From: Squalus acanthias
Lineage: Eukaryota
Length of the DNA stretch: 64,000 nt
Assembly: GCA_030390025.1 (NCBI GenBank)
Contig: JASTWF010000037.1
Span: 434,001-498,000, forward strand
Direction: 5' to 3'
Part shown: positions 1-12,348 of the stretch, in pieces
Position numbering within the stretch: the first letter of the stretch is position 1
How the letters are laid out: each line of letters starts with the position of its first letter
Notes under the pieces: generated by a model
Databases searched by the model: none
Told to the model about the DNA's origin: nothing
Seen by the model: only the letters and a program-made list of their open reading frames with translations
Program-made: the position numbers and the translations under genes

Positions 1-150
1 CCTTCCCACTCACTCCCATTACACAGAGACCCCATGGACCAAACCCCTTCCCATTCACTCCCATTACACAGAGACCCCATGGACCAAACCCCTTCCCATT
101 CATTCCCATTACAGAATCCCATGGACCAAACCCCCCTACCCATTAATTCC
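1..150. repeat. About 45-bp tandem repeat, truncated by the window start
   Basis: Unit CCATGGACCAAACCCCTTCCCATTCACTCCCATTACACAGAGACC, about 3 copies visible. Confidence 0.85.
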
Positions 151-704
151 CACAACCTTGGCTTCGGATGGCACTTTACAAACAGCAATGGACTTTTTCC
201 CCCCCCTGGCATCTGAACAGACACAAGTCCCCGCACGTTCCTTCGCCCTTACCTTCCGCAGCTCTTGCCTGCTGAGGCGGGCGAGCATCAAGGGAGTGCC
301 GGTGATTGAACCTTTGCTGGCGGGGACGATTGGGCCTTCTCTGTCTGCTTTCAGTAACAGGCCCCAAGGGTCAGCGGGAGAGCTGAATGGCCAGCCCACA
401 CCGCCAGAGGTATCTCACGTCCAGGAGCAGCCTCTTGCTATCTGGACGGCAACAGCTACTATTGTATCCTCATGGCTTAGACCGAGCTACCAGCCCTCTG
501 CCCTCACTCAAGGGGCTGCCACCCGCCCACTGGAAGGCAGTGATTTTCCATATCTCTTATTCCCTTGAGTTCCCTTGTTGTTGTAGCTTAGCATCACCAG
601 AAGCAGCACAAACAGGTCTTGTTTGCGACACTGTGCTGCCTCACAGCTCCTGGCCTTGTTAAGTTCCGATATGTTGTTAATTGGATTGGCACCACAGGGA
701 CCAT

Positions 705-1410
705 TGAGATACTTACATGGGGAGAGTGGAGAAGCTGGGATTGTTCTCCTTGGAGCAGAGAAGGTTAAGAGGAGATTTAATCGAGGCGTTCAACATCATG
801 AAGGCTTTTGATAGAGTGGATAGGGAGAAGTTGTTTCCACTGGCAGGATGGTCGGTAACCAGAGGACACAGAGTTAAGATAATTGGCAAAAGAACCAGAG
901 GGGGAGATGAGGAGAATTTATTATTAAGCAGCGAGTTGTTGTGATCTGGAATGCGCTGCCTGAAAGGGCGGTGGAAGCAGATTCAATAGTAACTTTCAAA
1001 AGGGAGTTGGATAAATGCTTGAAGGTGAAAGATTTGAAGGGCTATGGGGAAAGAGCAGGAGGGGAGTGGGACTAATTGGAGAGCTCTTTCAAAGAGCCGG
1101 CACAGGCTCGACGGGCCGAATGGCCTCTGTCTGTGCCTCATGATTCCCTGGCACTTGATAACCTCCTCTTTACAGTGGCCTTTGCAACTCTGAAAACGCA
1201 TTCCCTCAAAAACGCTGTTGGGGCCGGGGGCGTGGGGTCAATTGAAAATGTCAAAACTGAGAGAGATAGGTTTTTGTTGGGTCAGGGTATTGAGGGTTAC
1301 GGAACCGAGGCAGGTAGACGGAGTTAAGATACAGATCAGCCCATGATCTTATTGAATGACGGTACAAGCTCGAGGGGCAGAATGGCCTCCTCCCGTTCTT
1401 ATGTTTCTTA
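705..1410 (+). mobile_element. CR1 LINE 3' fragments
   Basis: LGLFSLEQRRLRGDLIE..TRGH ORF2 C-terminus plus CR1 3' UTRs. Confidence 0.85.
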
Positions 1411-1586
1411 AAGGTGGAGAGAGAGTTGAAGAGGCAGAGAGGTTTAGGGAGCAAATTCCAGAGCTAGAGCAAGAGGAGATCCAAATGGTCGCGTTCAACT
1501 TTATGAAGGGTTTTTTTGATGAGGTAAATTGGGAAAAGCTATTTCCACTGGTCGGTCAGTCGGTAACTGAAGAGCAACAAGTTAAG

Positions 1587-2472
1587 AACATAAGAATTAG
1601 GAGCAGGAGTGGGCCATACGGCCCCTCGAGCCTGGTCTGCCATTCAATAAGATCATGGCTGATCATCGACCTCAACTCCACTTTCTCGCCCGATCTCCGT
1701 ATCCCTTGACTCCCCTAGAGTCCAAAAATCTATCGATCTCAGCCTTGAATATACTCAAATACTCAGCATTCACAGCCCTCTGGGGCAGAGAATTCCAAAG
1801 ATTCACAACCCTCTGAGTGAAGAAATTCCTCCTCATCTCAGTCTTAAATGGCCTACCCCTTATCCTGAGACTATGCCCCCTAGTTCTAGACTCTCCAGCC
1901 AGGGGAAACAACCTCTCAGCATCTACCCTGTCAATCCCCCTCAGAATCTTGTATGTTTCAATGAGATCACCTCTCCTTCTTCTAAACTCCGGAGAGTATA
2001 GGCCCATTCTACACAATCTCTCATCATAGGACAGCCCTCTCATCCCAGGAATCAATCTAGTGTACCTTCGTTGCACCAACTCCAAGGCAAGTATATCCTT
2101 CCTTAGATAAGGAGACCAGAACTGTGCACAGTACTCCAGGTGTGGTCTCACCAAGGCCCTGTACAATTGTAGCAAGACTTCCTTACTCTTATACTCCAAC
2201 CCCCTTGCAATAAAGGCCAACATGCCATTTGCCTTCCTTATTGCTTGCTGTATCTGCATGCTAGCTTTCTGTGTTTCTTGCACGAGGACACCCAAATCTC
2301 TCTGAACACCAACATTTGAAAGTTTCACAACCCTCTGAGTGAAGAAATTCCTCCTCATCTCAGTCTTAAATGGCCGACCCCTTATCCTGAGACTGTGCCC
2401 CCTAGTTCTAGACACTCCAGCCAGGGGAAACAACCTCTCAGCATCTACCCTGTCAATCCCCTTCAGAATCTT
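1587..2472 (-). mobile_element. CR1 LINE 3' portion with a duplicated segment at its 5' end
   Basis: 253-aa ORF with RPHLEYCAQFWSPYLRKDI; 2325-2472 repeats about 1803-1950. Confidence 0.9.
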
Positions 2473-3049
2473 GTTCGGAGTGTGCTGTTAGGACATGGAA
2501 TGCCTGGCCTGAAACAGTGGGGGAAGCAGAATCAAGAATAGAGACATGGATAAATGTTTTTAAAAATGGTACAGGGATAGGGCAGGGGAATGGGACTAAG
2601 GGGAGAGCTTTTTCAGAGAGCTAGCACAGGCATGATGGGCTGAATGGGCAAAGGGCAGGGGAATGGGACTAAGCTGTGAGCCCTTTCAGAGAGATAGCAC
2701 AGGCACGAATGGCCGAGTGACCTCCTTCTATTTTGTCAAAACCCTTTTTAGCACCAGGAGAGGCAAGTTGGCTGATTTCGCTCCTTCCTCGCCCGTGGGC
2801 ACCCGAGGCCGTTTGCAGTGACCCTACTTGGCACTCCGAGTGAGGTAAGCAGTCCCCCCTCAAACCGTGGCTTCACAGTGAGCCAACAGTTCTGAATCGA
2901 GTGACTTAACAGTTAATCGTCAAGCTGAAATCTTCCACCCTGTCTTGCAGGCAAGCTGTTGCTATGGAGACGAGGCCTTCCCAAGTGCCTGCCTGGGATC
3001 TCATCTCGAGGGGAGATACACTGGAGAACAGTGGGCCAACCAGAAATGC

Positions 3050-3935
3050 GAGGTTATACCTATCAGGAAAGGATGAACAGGCTGGGTCTCTTTTTCTCTT
3101 GAAAAGCGAAGGCTGAGGGGTGACCTAATAGAGGTCTATAAAATTGTGAAAGGTTTTCGTAGAGTGGATACAGAGACTTGTGGGAAAGAGCAAAACTAGA
3201 AGCCATCAATATAAGGTAGTCACCAAGAAATCAAACAGGGAATTCAGAGAAACTTCTTTCCCAGAGAGTGGTGAGAATGTGGAACTCGCTACCACAGGGA
3301 GTGGTTGAGGCGAATAGTATAGATGCATTTAAGGGGAGGCTGGACAAGCATATGAGGGAGAAGGGAATAGAGGGTTCTTCTCTTCTTCTTAGGTAGTCCC
3401 TCGGAACCGAGGATGACTTGCTTCCACAGTAAAAATGAGTTCTCAGGTGACTGATGAGTCCAATGCGGGACCTACAGTCTCTGTCACAGGTGGGGCAGAC
3501 GGTGGTTGAAGGGGCGGGTGGGTGGGGTGCTTGGGTTGACGTGCGCTGCTTGCGCTTGGCTTCCGCTTGCTCCCGGCGAAGAGACTCGCGATGTTCGGCG
3601 CCTTCCCGGATGCTTCTCCTCCACTTTGTGCGGTCTTGGGCCAGGGATTCCCAGGTGTCGGTGCGGGATGTTGCACTTTTTCCAAGGAGGCTTTGAGGGT
3701 GTCCTTGAAGCATTTCCTCTGCCCACCTGGGGCTCTCTTGCCGTGTCGGAGCTCCGAGTAGAGCGCTTGTTTTGGGAGTCTCGTATCGGGCATGCAGACG
3801 ATGTGGCCCGTCCAGCAGAGCTGATCGAGAGGGTTATGCTGATAGTGTTAGATGAGGAAAGATGGGAGTGGGGCATAAACGCTGGCATGGACTGGTTGGG
3901 CCGAATGGCCTGTTTCTGTGCTGTATACCCTGTGT
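3050..3935 (+). mobile_element. CR1 3' fragment interrupted by an RTE insertion
   Basis: CR1 ORF2 end and 3' UTR continue on both sides of the RTE. Confidence 0.8.
3377..3827 (-). mobile_element. RTE-clade LINE 3' fragment
   Basis: MPDTRLPKQALYSEL..GGQRKCFKDTLKASL and terminal CPTC..GLISHLRTH; (AAG)n tail; 8-bp TSD AGAGGGTT at 3369-3376 and 3828-3835. Confidence 0.9.
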
Positions 3936-5092
3936 AATCCTGTGTAATATAGAGGAGATACACTGGGGAACAGTGGGGTATTTAGAGAGTATACGCTGGG
4001 AACAATGCGGTATATAGAGGGTGTACACTGCAACAGACTGGGATATCTGTCCGCCCTGTCGTAACAAACCCTAGTCGCTATGGCTGACTCTCGACAGTAA
4101 GTGACAGCAAACTGCTCAGTCACGGGGGGCATCGCACAGGCCTCCCTGATGTGGCTCTCTCCCGCTGGCCACACATTTTCCAGCAAGGGGTGGGGGGGAG
4201 CGAAGTCACCTGATGTCTCACCTCGCGCACCCAAGGGTGCTGAGGCCAATTGTAAGACCTCCTTTACCGCCGTCTCAGCCGGGCGGCGTGGCTGGTCGCC
4301 GTGGCGGGGTGCGCGCCCGGCGCCCGAGCCCGAGGGACCAGTAAACTAAAGGAAATGTTTAAGACGCCCATTTCATCGCGTGGAGCTGCGACTAGACGGA
4401 CAGAGGCAAATATTCTCCCGTCACCTCGGATTGAAACCAGACTCCCAGTTGCTCAGCAACAGGTCGGCGTCAAAGAAAAAATTAAAAAAAATGCCAAACC
4501 CAAAAAAAGGAAGAGGCGAGTCATTGTGTGGGTGCGAAGGTTTTACACTCAGGCCTCGACTTGTGAGCAACCCTCAGCCATGATCATCTCTTACTGGCGT
4601 CTGCTCGCAAGAAGGGATAAGACTTGAATTCACAGAACTTGCCCCTTTCGCTCCCTCGGGACGTCCCGAAGCGTTTCCGCAGCCGGCCTGGCACCTTTCT
4701 TAAAGTGTAGTCGCCGTTGTAATGCAGGGAAAAAACGCGGCAGCCTGTTGGTGCACAGCAAGATCCCACCGCGCGATTCAACGACGAGGTGTCGTTCTCC
4801 TGAGGGCAGAGAAGGTTGAGAGGCGATTTGACAGAGGTGTTTCAAAATCACCAAGGGTTTTGATCGAGTAAATAAGGAGAAACTGTTTCCAGTGGCAGGA
4901 GGGTCGGTAACCTCTGCGGGGGGTGGGGGTGGGGGGGTGCGGAGGGAATACAATGACGTCCATTTTGTGTAACTCCCCACTCCCCCCTCCGAAGGAGCTG
5001 AGTCTCCCTGGGATACCAGGGGGGGCAATTTTAACCTTACCCGTCCGTCAAAAAAATGACGGGATTGGGCGCATGGCTGGTTTTTTCAAGTT

Positions 5093-5540
5093 CTCAGTGG
5101 GCAGCAGCCCTCGCTTCGGAGCCAGAAGGTCGTGGGTTCGAGTCCCACTCCAGAGACTTGAGCACAAGAATCCAGGCCGGCGCTCCCGGTGCCAGTGCTG
5201 AGGGAGCGCGGCAATGTCGGAGGTGCCGTCTTTCGGATGAGACGTTAAACCTCTCAGGTGGACGTAAAAGATCCCCCGGCTGCTATTGCGAAGATGAGCA
5301 GGGGGAGAGTTCTCCCCGGTGTCCTGGGGCCAACATTTTTCCATCGATCAATCGCTTAAACAGATGATCTGGTCATTATCATATTGCTTGTCTGTGTGGG
5401 AGCTTGCTGTGCGCAAATCGGCTGCTGCGCTGCCTCCATTACAACAGCGGCCGCACTTCAAAAAAAGTACTTCATTGGCTGTAAAGCGCTTTGGGACGTC
5501 CTGAGGTGGTGAAAGGCGCTATAGAAATGCAGGTCTTTCT
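5093..5540 (+). mobile_element. tRNA-derived SINE (SacSINE1/DeuSINE-like)
   Basis: B-box GGTTCGAGTCC, conserved core gcttgctgtgcgcaaat.ggctgc, tail gtaaagcgctttgggacgtcc; many siblings in the window. Confidence 0.8.
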
Positions 5541-6029
5541 TTTACACCCCATCCAATTTTAATCTCGAGTGATGTCATCGGGCGCGGTGTAAACCCGGCG
5601 TTCACCCCGATACCGCGGAATTACCGCCCGGTGCGTTAGGTTAACATGCGGTTCTGAGAGACCACGGTATCTCACCCACGTGGCTTTTCCCCCCCATGTG
5701 TGACGCCGTGGGCCTTTATTCGGGGTTCAATGGCGGGGGGCTGCCAGCTCCTGGCACATGGCCCGGGCACGGCCGCGGTGAGGGAGGGTCCGGTCTTGAC
5801 CTGACGCGAACGCACCACAAGGAGCCGCCACTTAGCTTTTCAGAGCGGCTGAATTTTCGTCATCCTCCCAGCGATACCAAAGCCTATTGCAGCTCTTAGA
5901 CCCAGGCTTACTGACCCAGCCCAGAGTGAACCAGCACATTTCCTCCTCTCAATCGAACTGCTCGCAACCTTCCACCCTCTTCATTCCCCCACTCCCTCTC
6001 CGTCGCTGGGACCGCCAACACCCACCTGA

Positions 6030-6520
6030 CATCGCCCGTCTCCGCCCCCCTACCTCAGCTCGTCCGCTGCTGAAACCCTCGTCCGTGCCTTTGTCCCCTC
6101 CAGACTCGACGATTCCAGCGCTCTCCTGGCCGGCCTCTCACCTTCCACCCTTCCACTCATCCAAAACTCTGCTGCCCCGTGTCCTAACACTCGCACCAAC
6201 TCCTCTTCACCCCCTGTGCTCGCTGACCTACATTGGCTCCCGGTTAAGCAACGTCTCGATTTCAAAATTCTCATCCTTGTTTTCAAATCCCTCCATGGCC
6301 TCCCCCCCCTCCCTATCTCTGTAATCTCCTCCAGCCCCACAACCCCCCGAGATCTCTGGTTCCTTTGACTCTGGCCTCTTGCGCATCCCCAAATTCCATC
6401 GCTCCACCATTGGCGGCCGTGCCTTCAGCTGCCTCGGACCCTGAGCTCTGGAATTCCCTCCCTGAACCTCTCCGCCTCTCTCTCCTCCTTTAAGACGCTC
6501 CTTAAAACCTACCTCTTACC
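6030..6520 (+). mobile_element. L2 LINE 3' fragment
   Basis: Encodes LHWLPVKQRLDFKILILVFK and GGRAFS. Confidence 0.8.
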
Positions 6521-6539
6521 CGTCCTACTATCTCCTTCT

Positions 6540-7140
6540 TTGGGGTGGAAGTTACGCTACAGTTGTATAAAGCTCTGGTCAGACCCCATCTGGAGTGACA
6601 GCGTTCAGTTCTGGGCCCCGCACCTCAGGAAGGATATATTGGCCTTGGAGGGGGTGCAGCGCAGATTCACCAGAATGATACCCGGGGGGCTAAAAGGGTT
6701 AAATTACGAGGACAGGTTGCACAGACTGGGCTTGTAATCCCTGGAGTATAGAAGATTAAGAGGCAATCTTATTGAGGTGTTTAAGATGGTTAAAGGATTT
6801 GATCGGGTGGATAGAAGAAACTATTTCCTCTGGTGGGGGGAGTCCAGAACAAGGGGCCATAAACTTAAAATTAGAGCCAGGCCGTTCAGGGGTGATGTCA
6901 GGAAGCACTTCTTCACACAAAGGGTGGTGGAAATCTGGAACTCTCCCCCAAAAGGCTGTTGAGGCTGGGGGTGGGGAGCAATTGAAAATATTCAAGACTG
7001 AGATCGATAGATTTTTGTTGCGCATCTTAGAACATGAAGCGAAGGTGGGTAGATGTGTTAAGATCTGATTGAGATCATTAGCAATGATGTAATCGAATGG
7101 CGGAGCAGGCTCGAGGGGCTGAACGGCCTCCTCCCGGGCC
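6540..7140 (+). mobile_element. CR1 LINE 3' fragment
   Basis: VQFWAPHLRKDILALEGVQRRFTRM; RKHFFTQRVV. Confidence 0.85.
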
Positions 7141-7286
7141 TCTGCTTTTTGCAGGCCCCCCGCCCTGTGACCCCAGGCACTTCGAAGGGGTCAGTGGCAG
7201 AGTTCCGCGCACCCCACCCACAGAAATGTCAGGTCACCCTTCTCTCCATCTAACTGTGAGCATCCCAGAGGAGCTTGACCAGTGTA

Positions 7287-7500
7287 TGACATGAATCTTG
7301 TATGAAGTAATACTGGGCGGCCTGCTGGTGGCGCTGTCCAGGGAGTGTATAAATACTCGGGCATGGGCCCAGCTTGCTTAGGACATTCCTCAACAGGAAC
7401 TAGTGAAGGACACAACTAGACCTCCATGTTGGAAAACAGTTGATTAAAGCTTTGTTTAACGCTTAGACCAAGTGCCTAGTACAGTAGTTTGCTTACGTCA
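7287..7500 (+). mobile_element. Solo LTR, 214 bp
   Basis: TGAC...GTCA termini, 5-bp TSD GTGTA (7282-7286, 7501-7505), TATAAATA at 7348-7355, ATTAAA at 7443-7448. Confidence 0.7.
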
Positions 7501-8217
7501 GTGTATATAAACGGTCTTTGTGGTTTTACATGTTGGGGGTGGGGGAGGGGTGTGGGCGGCAATCTCCACAGCTGGAGATCCTTTTCATAGGCGGCCGGAA
7601 GAATTTTCAGAACTGTGGAGGGGGGAAAGATATTCACCACAAAAAAACGAAACAGCTGTAAAAATGGTTACTTCACAAAAAAATTTTAATTTTTTAAAAA
7701 TAACTATTAAATACACAATAATTAGCTCTTCCTACGATTGACGTTGCTGGCTAAATCACAAAATCAATCAAATTTATTATAATTTATAGGATAATACTGA
7801 GGAGCCAGGACTGGATATCACAGGCTTGTAACGTCCCCGCTGGTTTCTTCCTCTTCTCCTTGCACAGCAGAAGCCGAGAGGAAACACAACGGGCCGGGGG
7901 CGGGGGGGAAATTCGACCTGGGCGGCAGCACAAATCGGGCGCTAGCTATTTCGATGTAATTTGTGACCAGCGGGCTCAGCCACAGACCAGGATATGAAGC
8001 CGGGGCCTTCCTAGTCCGTATTTCTTTTAATTAATTCACGGGATGGGGACGTCGCCGGCAAGGCCAGCATGTATTGCCCGTCCCTCGAGCAGTTCAATAC
8101 AACTGAGTGTCTCGCTAGGCCATTTCAGAGGGAGCAGTTAAGAGTCAACCACATTGCTGCGGGTCTGGAGTCACATATAGGCCCAGACCGGCTAAGGACG
8201 GCAGATTTCCTTCACTA

Positions 8218-8530
8218 ACCGAGGCCCCGTCTGCTCTCTCAGGTGAAAGATCCCATGGCCACTATTTCGAAGAAGAGCGGGGTGGGGGGGTGGTGGGGGG
8301 AGTTCTCCCTGGTGTCCTGGGGCCAATATTTATCCCTCAACCAGCATCACTAAAACAGATGATCTGGTCATTTATCACATTGCTGTCTGTGGGAGCTTGC
8401 TGCGCGCAAATTGGCAGCCGCGTTTCCCACATTACAACAGTGAGTGACTACACTTCAAAAGTACTTCACTGGCTGTAAAGCGCTTTGAGACGTCCGGTGG
8501 TCGTGAAAGGCGCTATAAAAAGTCTTTCTT
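8218..8530 (+). mobile_element. SINE, 5'-truncated, same family as 5093-5540
   Basis: Shared core and tail. Confidence 0.75.
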
Positions 8531-10335
8531 TCCTTAAAGGACATTAGTGAGACACAGCCAAGGAGTAATTTGAGACATGACGTGTGGTGAATGTGGCACG
8601 CTCGAGAGGAACTGGTGGCTTTGGGCCTCTGGTTCCCAAAGTTCTCCAACCACTGGGGGGGCGGGGGTTTCCTCGCCTCGTGTCTGGGTCTGTTGCAGAC
8701 TGGAGATTGATTGCTAGGATCAGTCAGCAACTCCCATTTGTCGTTGCACCAGGCCGACTACTAAGGATGGTGGAAGGCGAACGAGATGGGCCCTCGTCTT
8801 TTATCGTCCAGCCGTTCTAGACGGAACTGATATCTATTTCAGTCAGGATTGGCCTGGGGTCTCCAGGAATTTACTCCTGGACACTGCTGCAAGCAACCCA
8901 GGAGAAAAATCATAGAAACATTCTTTAAAAAAAAAATGTGTTTCCCCCACCCCCTCCGCCCAATTTTCTTGAGTTTATTAATCATTTAAAGGTCGGAGGT
9001 GGGAAAAAGGGCTATTTGACTGGGTGGGGCAGTTGGCAGCAGGAGGTCATGTGATAAAAACCTCCAGGAATACATACAGACAAGTGTTGGCAACCCTAAA
9101 GGGTAACTAGGGATGGGCAATAAATGCTGGCATTGCCAGCGCCCTGATCCCATAAACGAATTTTTAAAAAAATTCACTATAAATCATTTTTAGAATAAGG
9201 GATTTTTATTCCCCTCCCCTTTCCTCACTTCGAAATTTATCCATACGGGCCCAGAGTTCCGTTCCAGCCTGTGGTACAGCTCCTGTATCCAGGCAGGGCC
9301 TAGCGCAGGCTTTGTGGCCTAGGTCAAAGGTTCTGCCCAAGGCGTTGTCTATTTTTAGAGTGTTTGGTAACCGAGGCAACCAGAATGCCGATTAGACTAT
9401 AACAAGTCCTCTCACGTGTCTCGGAAGTTCTCAAGTCACGGCTCAGCACTGGTTTGTGACGCACAGATTTGGAAACATGCCCACAACTTGAGGGAGGATC
9501 AGCGTGCCGTCGCCACGGCAACGCCACAACATCTGCACGGAAAACAAGCCCGGCTGCAATGCTGGGGGAGCAGCTGTCAGTTAAAAGTCTGGGAGCTTTG
9601 AACCTCGGCACCGTCGCTAACGGCAACAGGGGGCGGGGGGGGTAAACACACATCGACATGGCAACGGCTTACGGTCGCTGTAAAACCTGGCGCAAACATT
9701 GCACCAACCCTTTCCTCCGACGCCAACCCCTAAAAATAAAAGCGGCTTTTACAAAAAGCAGAAAATACAAATGGAAGATTAGGCCGAGGCCCGATTTGAC
9801 GGAGGCCAAGTAGGCCTTGTGCATAAATTGGGCCCTTGATTTGCCTCAACGCGACTCAGTCCTTTGCCCCGAGGCAACGCTGTTGATAGATCCATGGCCG
9901 TTGGTTTTGGAGACAGGTTCTTCGACGCCAACTCGTTGAGGGTCCTTGGTGGCGAGCAGACTTTCCAGCGCGGCCGAGACGTGTCCGGCCCGCTCGACGT
10001 CAGGGCCTTTCGGTTCCGGCCAACCTTGGCCCGACCCCCTCGGAGCATGCTGGGAAAGGAACCGTCACGGACGAAGTTGCTCCTCTTCAAGGAGGGGGTA
10101 TTATTTTCCCGTTGCGGGCGGTGGTATTGTGGTGTGCGTTCCTTCTACTTGAAAAGATCACCTCCGCCCACACCCCAAATCCAAATCCAAGTCGATATTG
10201 CAAGGAAGCCAAGGAAAGGCCCCTTCAGCCGCCCCCTAGCATTGGAATGCTGGAGTGCTGTCCCTCCAACACGGATTAATTAGCATGGCCCACTCATGGC
10301 TCGCTCGTGCCTCGATCTTCGCCAGATGTCTTGAC

Positions 10336-10391
10336 TCAGATTAAGTGAAAACTCGCCATCAGAACCATATCACGCATGTCCACACACACAG
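10336..10391 (-). CDS. rnf227: RNF227-like coding exon 2 (AVCVDMRDMVLMASFHLI, stop)
   Basis: Acceptor ttttaatctctttcag; phase 1 matches exon 1; the D-x-R-D-M-x-L-M tail resembles RNF227-type C-termini as I recall them; total 146 aa. Confidence 0.72.
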
Positions 10392-10472
10392 CTGAAAGAG
10401 ATTAAAATCAAGGTCAGACTAAATAACTGCAGCATTCCTTCCAAAACTGACAAGTCACCAGAGTTAATACAA

Positions 10473-11335
10473 TAGCAAAATACTGCGGATGCTGGAAATC
10501 TGACTAACAACACACCCTGGTCCACTCCTCTATCAACCCAACATCCCTCTCCCCTTCGCCCGGCACCTTCCTGTGCAAGCGCAGGAGATGCAACACCTGC
10601 CCTTTTACCTCCTCCCTTCCCACTGTCCAGGGCCCCAAACACTCCTTCCAGGTGAAACAGTGATTTACTTGTACTTCTTGCAATTTAGTATACTGTATTC
10701 GCTGCTCACGATGCGGTCTCCTCTACATTGGGGAGACCAAACGCAGATTGGGTGACCGCTTTGCGGAACACCTCCGTTCAGTCCGTAAGGGTGACCCCGA
10801 GCTTCCGGTCGCCTGTCACTTTAATTCTCCACTCCACTCCCACTCAGACCTCACCGTCCTCGGCCTCTTACACTGTTCCAATGAAGCTCAACGCAAGCTC
10901 GAGGAACAACACCTCATCTTTCGATTAGGCACTTTACAGCCTTCTGGACTCAACATCGAGTTCAACAATTTCAGACCATAACCTCTGCCCCTATATCTTT
11001 TTTCCCCCTTGTTTTCTCACATGGCAGCTGTTGATGACTCTGCCATCACCATTCACACCTCACCTAGAGTCATCTTTTGTTTCTTAACTTGCCCCATTAC
11101 CTCTCTATTTGCCTCGCACCATCAACCCTTTAGTCAGTCAATCTCTCCTGCCTTCCAGCCCGTCACAGACCTTCCCTTTTGTTCTTTCCTCCCCTCCTTC
11201 CTGCCCCTGCTTAAAAGTCTCTCTTCTGTAACCTTTTCCAGTTCTGACGAAGGGTCCTCGACCCGAAACGTTGATTCTGTTTCTCTCTCCTCGATGCTGC
11301 CTGACCTGCTGAGTGTTTCCAACATTTTCTGTTGT
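10473..11335 (+). mobile_element. Penelope-like element 3' fragment (GIY-YIG endonuclease) in the RNF227-like intron
   Basis: CIRCSRCGLLYIGETKRRLGDRFAEHLRSV..PVACHFN; hammerhead-like motif at about 11239-11275. Confidence 0.88.
11239..11278 (+). ncRNA. Minimal hammerhead-ribozyme-like motif of a Penelope element
   Basis: CTGACGA-A-GGGTC(CTC)GACCC-GAAA-CGTT. Confidence 0.6.
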
Positions 11336-11373
11336 CACCAGAGTTAAAGTAGCTTCACAGCACTTGAACGCCA

Positions 11374-12345
11374 CATAGAATCATAGAATCATACATTCGG
11401 CCCATCGTGCCTGTGCCGGCTCTTTGAAAGAGCTCTCCAATTAGTCCCACTCCCCCCTTTGCTCTTTCCCCATAGCCCTGTAAATTTTTGCTTTTTCAAG
11501 TATTTATCCAATTCCCTTTTCATAGTTACTATTGAATCTACTTCCACCGCCCTTTCAGGCAGCGCGTTCCAGATCACAACAACTGGCTGCGTAAAAATAT
11601 TTCTCCTCATCTCCCCCTCTGGTTCTTTTGCCAATTACCTTAAATCTGTGTCCTCTGATTACCGACCCTCTTGCCAGCGGAAACAGTTTCTCCTTATTTA
11701 CTCGGTCAAAACCCCGCATAATTTTGAGCACCTCTATCAAATCTCCCCATAACCTTCTCTGCTCTGAGGAGAACAATCCCAGCTTCTCCAGTCCCTCCAC
11801 ATAACTGAAGTCCCTCATCCCCGGTACCGTTCTGGTAAATCTCCTCCGCGCCCTCTCCAAGGCCGAGACATCCTTCCTAAAGTGCGGAGCCCAGAATTGG
11901 ACACACTCCTCCAGCTGGGGCCTAACCAGTGATTTGTAAAGTTTCGGCATAACTTCCTTGCTTTTGTACTCTGAGCTTCTATTAATAAAGGATCCTGAGT
12001 GCTTTTGTAACAGCCTTCTCAACTTGTTCTGCCACCGTCAAAGATTTGTGCACAAATACCCCCAGGTCGCTCTGTTCCTGCACCCCCTTTAAAGCTGTAC
12101 CCTTTAGTTCATATCGCCTCTCCTCATTCTTCCTACTGAAATGCACCACTTCACACTGCTCTGCGTTATATTGCAACTGCGATGTGTCTGCCCATTTCAC
12201 CAGTCTGTCTGTGTCCTCCTGAAGTATGTTACTATCCTCCTCATTGTTTATACATTTCTGAGTTTCGTGTCATCTGCAAACTTTAAAATTATACCTTGTA
12301 TACCCAAGTCCAGATCAAAAAGAGCAGTGGTCCTAATACCGACCC
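11374..12345 (-). mobile_element. CR1 LINE 3' fragment
   Basis: LVRPQLEECVQFWAPHFRKDV; (ATTCTATG)n tail. Confidence 0.9.
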
Positions 12346-12348
12346 TGC

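Noticed and set aside
9779..10283. Overlapping GC-rich ORFs (103 aa minus, 139 aa plus)
   Set aside because: No recognisable domain; the nearby minus-strand acceptor gives an early stop in the RNF227 phase; probably 3' UTR or intergenic.
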